The notes under the pieces are model-generated. The model made no database searches. It was not told where the DNA came from and was given only the letters and a program-made list of their open reading frames with translations. Shown piece by piece: positions 35,566 through 38,603 of a stretch of DNA of 38,603 nt. Within the stretch, counting starts at the first letter, position 1. Each line of letters opens with the position of its first letter. The position numbers and the translations under genes were made by a program. Source of the DNA: Thermoproteota archaeon. GTDB taxonomy: Archaea > Korarchaeota > Korarchaeia > Korarchaeales > Korarchaeaceae. The stretch lies in NCBI GenBank assembly GCA_037917625.1, contig JAVCBY010000033.1, positions 1 to 38,603 on the forward strand, given 5' to 3'.

Positions 35566-37428
35566 CTACTCGCTGAGGGAGACCGCACTCTCCAGCCCCG
35601 GTATGACCCAATCGAGGCCTAGCTTCCTCAAGGTGCTCCTCCTCGGGATACCGTTCTGGTCCCATCCCCTGTTCTCATAGTACCAGCTGAGCATCCTCTC
35701 GTAATCATCCCTATCGAGTTTGCTACCGGCTAGGGGACCTTTAGTCTGAGGCTCCTCGAACCACTTGGCGGGAGGAGTATCTAAGGACCTGCTCCATCCT
35801 CCCTTCTCCCTGACCCAGAAAGCCCTCATCAAAGTGTAGATCCTGTTAGCCACTATGTGTAGATCATCCCAGCTGTAATCAAGCCCTGCGGCTGCCTTCA
35901 GGAACTTAGGGTACCACTCGAGATCATAACCGACCTCGACCCAAGGTAATCTGCACGCAGCAGCACTCTCGAAGAAACCTCCCCTCACGTTCTGCATCCA
36001 TATGAGCTTCTTAACCCTCTCCTCACTGACTACGCCCCTGCCTTCTCTTATCTCGTATGAGATGAACCAAGCGTCCTTATGATGAGCGCCTATGGGACTC
36101 GTCCCATAAGCTAGGGCCATCCCTATGTATGCGTGGCAATCGTATGCGCTTATTTCTAGCCCCTTCACGTGCATCGCAAACTTCTCCGATCCCTTACCTA
36201 TCTTCTGCGAGGCATAAGCTACTCCCTCTGCTAGAATAGATCCAAATCCTTCCTTATTCACGATCTTCCTGGCCAGTTCCACGAAAGTTTGCCCATCACC
36301 CCAATCTAGCTTGAGGCCGACATCTCCCTCGCTTATTAATCCCCTCTTCATCGCCTCAGTAGCGAACGCTAACACGCTCCCCAGACTTATCGTATCCACT
36401 CCAGATTCATCAGCGACCAGGTTGAGAGTCAAGGCCCAATTCATATTATCTATCCCCAGGTTGGGCCCTAGCATCGCTATGTTCTCGTAATCCACTTCAG
36501 TATCCCTTCCCTCGTAGGGACCCTCCTTTATCTCATTTATGTTCCCGCAGGGCATGTTGCAATTCGGGCATCCCTTCTGCCCTATCTTGTATATCTTCTC
36601 CATGGCATTACCGCCTACCTTATCGTAACCATCGAACACGCCTTCACTCATGTTGTAAGTCGGTAGAGCAGCATTAGCGTTCGCCCACTCGACGGTCGCC
36701 ATCGTCCCCTGCCTCACCCAGAAATCGTAATTATCCTTGGACTTTATGTCTTTGTAAGACTCAGCGCCCAGCTTCGCTACCTCCTTAGGATCTGCTAGCG
36801 GGATCTCCTTGCTTCCCTTTATCACTATCGCTTTCAGGTTCTTCGAACCCATCACAGCCCCTATCCCTGGTCTCCCGCCTGATCTTCCCTTCTCAGAAGT
36901 TATCACTGCGAATTTCACGAGATTCTCGCCACCCGGTCCTATGACCAATATCCCTGAGCTCTTCCCGTACTGTTTCTCAAGCTCTTCCTGAGCTTTATAA
37001 GTATCGAGGCCCCATAAATCCTTCCCATCCTTTATCTCAACTTTATCATCCTCTATACTCAGAATGGATGGCTTCTCAGCCTTACCCGATATTATGACAG
37101 CATCATATCCCGCTTTCTTAAGTTGGACTGATGCTCTCGTCCCTATGTTCCCATCCCCATAACCCCCGGTCAGGGGAGACTTCGCAGCGACGACTAACTT
37201 CCCACTGCTCGGCATACTTATCCCCGTGAGGGGGCCTGTGGAGAGTATCAAGAGGTTCTCAGGGGATAAGGGGTTAGTTCCCCGGGGGAGCTCATCCCAC
37301 AAAACTTTTACCGCAAATCCCCTCCCTCCTAGGAAGTCGACGGCGACTTTAGGATCTAGATCTTGAACCACAGACTTACCCTTGCTAAGATCGACCCTCA
37401 GTAACTTACCGGTCCATCCACCCCTCAT
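35566..37428 (-). CDS. for: Tungsten-dependent aldehyde:ferredoxin oxidoreductase family, FOR-like
   Basis: GGRG, GKLVVAAKSPLTGGYGDGN-G, GRPG-GAVMGSK-LKA, GCP-CNMPCG, DYEN, D--G-DTIS, GAHHKDAW, CRLPWVE motifs, recalling formaldehyde:ferredoxin oxidoreductase. Confidence 0.9.
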   Translation of the reverse strand: MRGGWTGKLLRVDLSKGKSVVQDLDPKVAVDFLGGRGFAVKVLWDELPRGTNPLSPENLLILSTGPLTGISMPSSGKLVVAAKSPLTGGYGDGNIGTRASVQLKKAGYDAVIISGKAEKPSILSIEDDKVEIKDGKDLWGLDTYKAQEELEKQYGKSSGILVIGPGGENLVKFAVITSEKGRSGGRPGIGAVMGSKNLKAIVIKGSKEIPLADPKEVAKLGAESYKDIKSKDNYDFWVRQGTMATVEWANANAALPTYNMSEGVFDGYDKVGGNAMEKIYKIGQKGCPNCNMPCGNINEIKEGPYEGRDTEVDYENIAMLGPNLGIDNMNWALTLNLVADESGVDTISLGSVLAFATEAMKRGLISEGDVGLKLDWGDGQTFVELARKIVNKEGFGSILAEGVAYASQKIGKGSEKFAMHVKGLEISAYDCHAYIGMALAYGTSPIGAHHKDAWFISYEIREGRGVVSEERVKKLIWMQNVRGGFFESAAACRLPWVEVGYDLEWYPKFLKAAAGLDYSWDDLHIVANRIYTLMRAFWVREKGGWSRSLDTPPAKWFEEPQTKGPLAGSKLDRDDYERMLSWYYENRGWDQNGIPRRSTLRKLGLDWVIPGLESAVSLSE

Positions 37429-37488
37429 GAGAGCACCCGGGGTAGCGGTACTGAAAAGTTAAAAACTTACTTTACGCGAGGGATTAAG

Positions 37489-38406
37489 ATGCTCCATGAT
37501 CAGGGGGACGGCATCAGAATAAGGGCCTCCATTGGAACTCTGGCGAGGATTGGAATATCGCCAATAAAATTGGAAGCTTATCCTAGGACGGCATATCTCC
37601 TTCTCCCTGGAGGTTGTCTTGGAAGTTGTCTCTTCTGTCCTCAGTGGATCGAGGACTCTCGAGTCTCTAGGGTGAGCTGGCCGGAGGTCGATTTAGTGGA
37701 TATTTTGAATGCGCAGGGGCTATTCGAGAGAGTGTGCATACAATCCGTCCTGAGGAGGTTTTTCTGGAAGGACTTAGTGAAAATCTCATCACTATTCGAG
37801 ATCCCAGTATCTATCTCGACTAACCCAGTAGGGGAGAGGGAGCTCTTGGAACTTAGGAGGAACTCCCAAATGATAGGGATAGGATTGGATGCGGCATCAA
37901 ACCCATTATTCAAAGCAGTCAGGAGACCCGGATCCTTCGAATCATATCTAAAATTCTTCGAGAAATCCTTGAGGGTATATGGCAAGGGGAACGTTTACGT
38001 CCACTTGATAACTGGATTGGGTGAGGATCTGAGGGAGATTGTGAGGATCATGTCGTACATATACGAGAGAGGGGGAGCCGTAGCTCTCTTTGCATTCACC
38101 CCAGTCCCCGGGACCCCGCTCCAGGATAGGGATCCTCCCCCTCTAGCTTATTACAGGTTCATCCAGATAGTCAACTACTTCTTGAGGGAGGGGATTCCGC
38201 TCGACAGGATGAGATCTCTGGATCCTGATGACTATAAGGAGGCTTTCCTGACATCAGGATGTCCAGGGTGCAACAGACCCTTCTACAATGAGAGACCTCA
38301 CGGCAAACTCTACAATTTCCCATCTAGGGAGCTCCTAGAGTTGAGATGGGAGGAAGTGAGGGGAGAGGTGAGGGCTTCTCTTGACTACCTTAGGTTTCTT
38401 CCCTAA
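37489..38406 (+). CDS. lipS2: Radical SAM protein, archaeal lipoyl synthase subunit LipS2-like
   Basis: R-S-GT, P-TAYL, CLGSCLFC-Q, SRV-WP, LFAFTP--GT and C-terminal TSGCPGCNRP (the TxGCPxC(N/D)RP motif of Thermococcus LipS2). Confidence 0.82.
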   Translation: MLHDQGDGIRIRASIGTLARIGISPIKLEAYPRTAYLLLPGGCLGSCLFCPQWIEDSRVSRVSWPEVDLVDILNAQGLFERVCIQSVLRRFFWKDLVKISSLFEIPVSISTNPVGERELLELRRNSQMIGIGLDAASNPLFKAVRRPGSFESYLKFFEKSLRVYGKGNVYVHLITGLGEDLREIVRIMSYIYERGGAVALFAFTPVPGTPLQDRDPPPLAYYRFIQIVNYFLREGIPLDRMRSLDPDDYKEAFLTSGCPGCNRPFYNERPHGKLYNFPSRELLELRWEEVRGEVRASLDYLRFLP

Positions 38407-38603
38407 GGGGAAGTTCATAGAGGTCAGCATAACTGGGAGAGCTTGTCAGCTGAATTGTCCGATTTGTGGGGGGAGATGGCTCGGGGGGATATTGAGTGTA
38501 AACAGACCGGAGGATCTAGTTAAGCTGGGTGTGTCTGAATGGAAGAGGGGGGCCAAGGGGATCCTGATTAGTGGGGGCTGCTCTGAAGACTCTAGCGGCC
38601 ACT
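38381..38603 (+). CDS. lipS1: Radical SAM protein, LipS1-like (3'-truncated by window edge; absent from ORF track)
   Basis: TTG after GAGGTGA; reads MTTLGFFPKGKFIEVSITGRACQLNCPICGGRWL...GILISGGC, open to the window end. SITG--CxxxCxxC and LISGG are typical of this family. Confidence 0.75.
   Translation, partial: MTTLGFFPKGKFIEVSITGRACQLNCPICGGRWLGGILSVNRPEDLVKLGVSEWKRGAKGILISGGCSEDSSGH

Noticed and set aside
1-38603. CRISPR arrays, rRNA genes, intact transposases/integrases, tRNA introns
   Set aside because: None seen; all five tRNAs have uninterrupted 7-nt anticodon loops and no regularly spaced repeats were noticed.

Overview
A very compact, mostly housekeeping window of an archaeal chromosome. 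Gene content, AGG/ATA/GAG-rich codon usage, GGTGA/GGAGG ribosome-binding sites and TTG starts suggest a (hyper)thermophile, possibly Korarchaeum-like; that assignment is inference only. Information-processing genes: srp54(partial)-pus10-rpl21e-rpo4-DUF655, PINA ATPase, pheST, cca, truA, tfe, nac, mbf1, a DRG-type GTPase, SRP RNA and five intron-less tRNAs. Metabolic genes: IPK, nadM, eno, phi, rpiA, hom-lysC, a tungsten/molybdopterin cluster (moaB, two moeA, ferredoxin, FOR-type oxidoreductase, MoaD-like protein) and lipS2-lipS1(partial). Items not explained by the ORF track: (1) a translationally coupled ECF S-component / type II pantothenate kinase / degenerate-Nudix-fusion operon, probably a non-canonical archaeal CoA salvage module; (2) a probable C/D box sRNA between that operon and nadM; (3) a decayed tnpB 3' end whose omegaRNA-like scaffold looks structurally intact and has a TATA box upstream; (4) a tRNA-Ser/tRNA-Val pair with a zero-nucleotide spacer; (5) a MoaD/SAMP protein whose Gly-Gly is masked by a 9-residue tail; (6) a perfect 38-nt identity between the two moeA paralogs. 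All family calls come from motif recognition by eye; no database searches were run.
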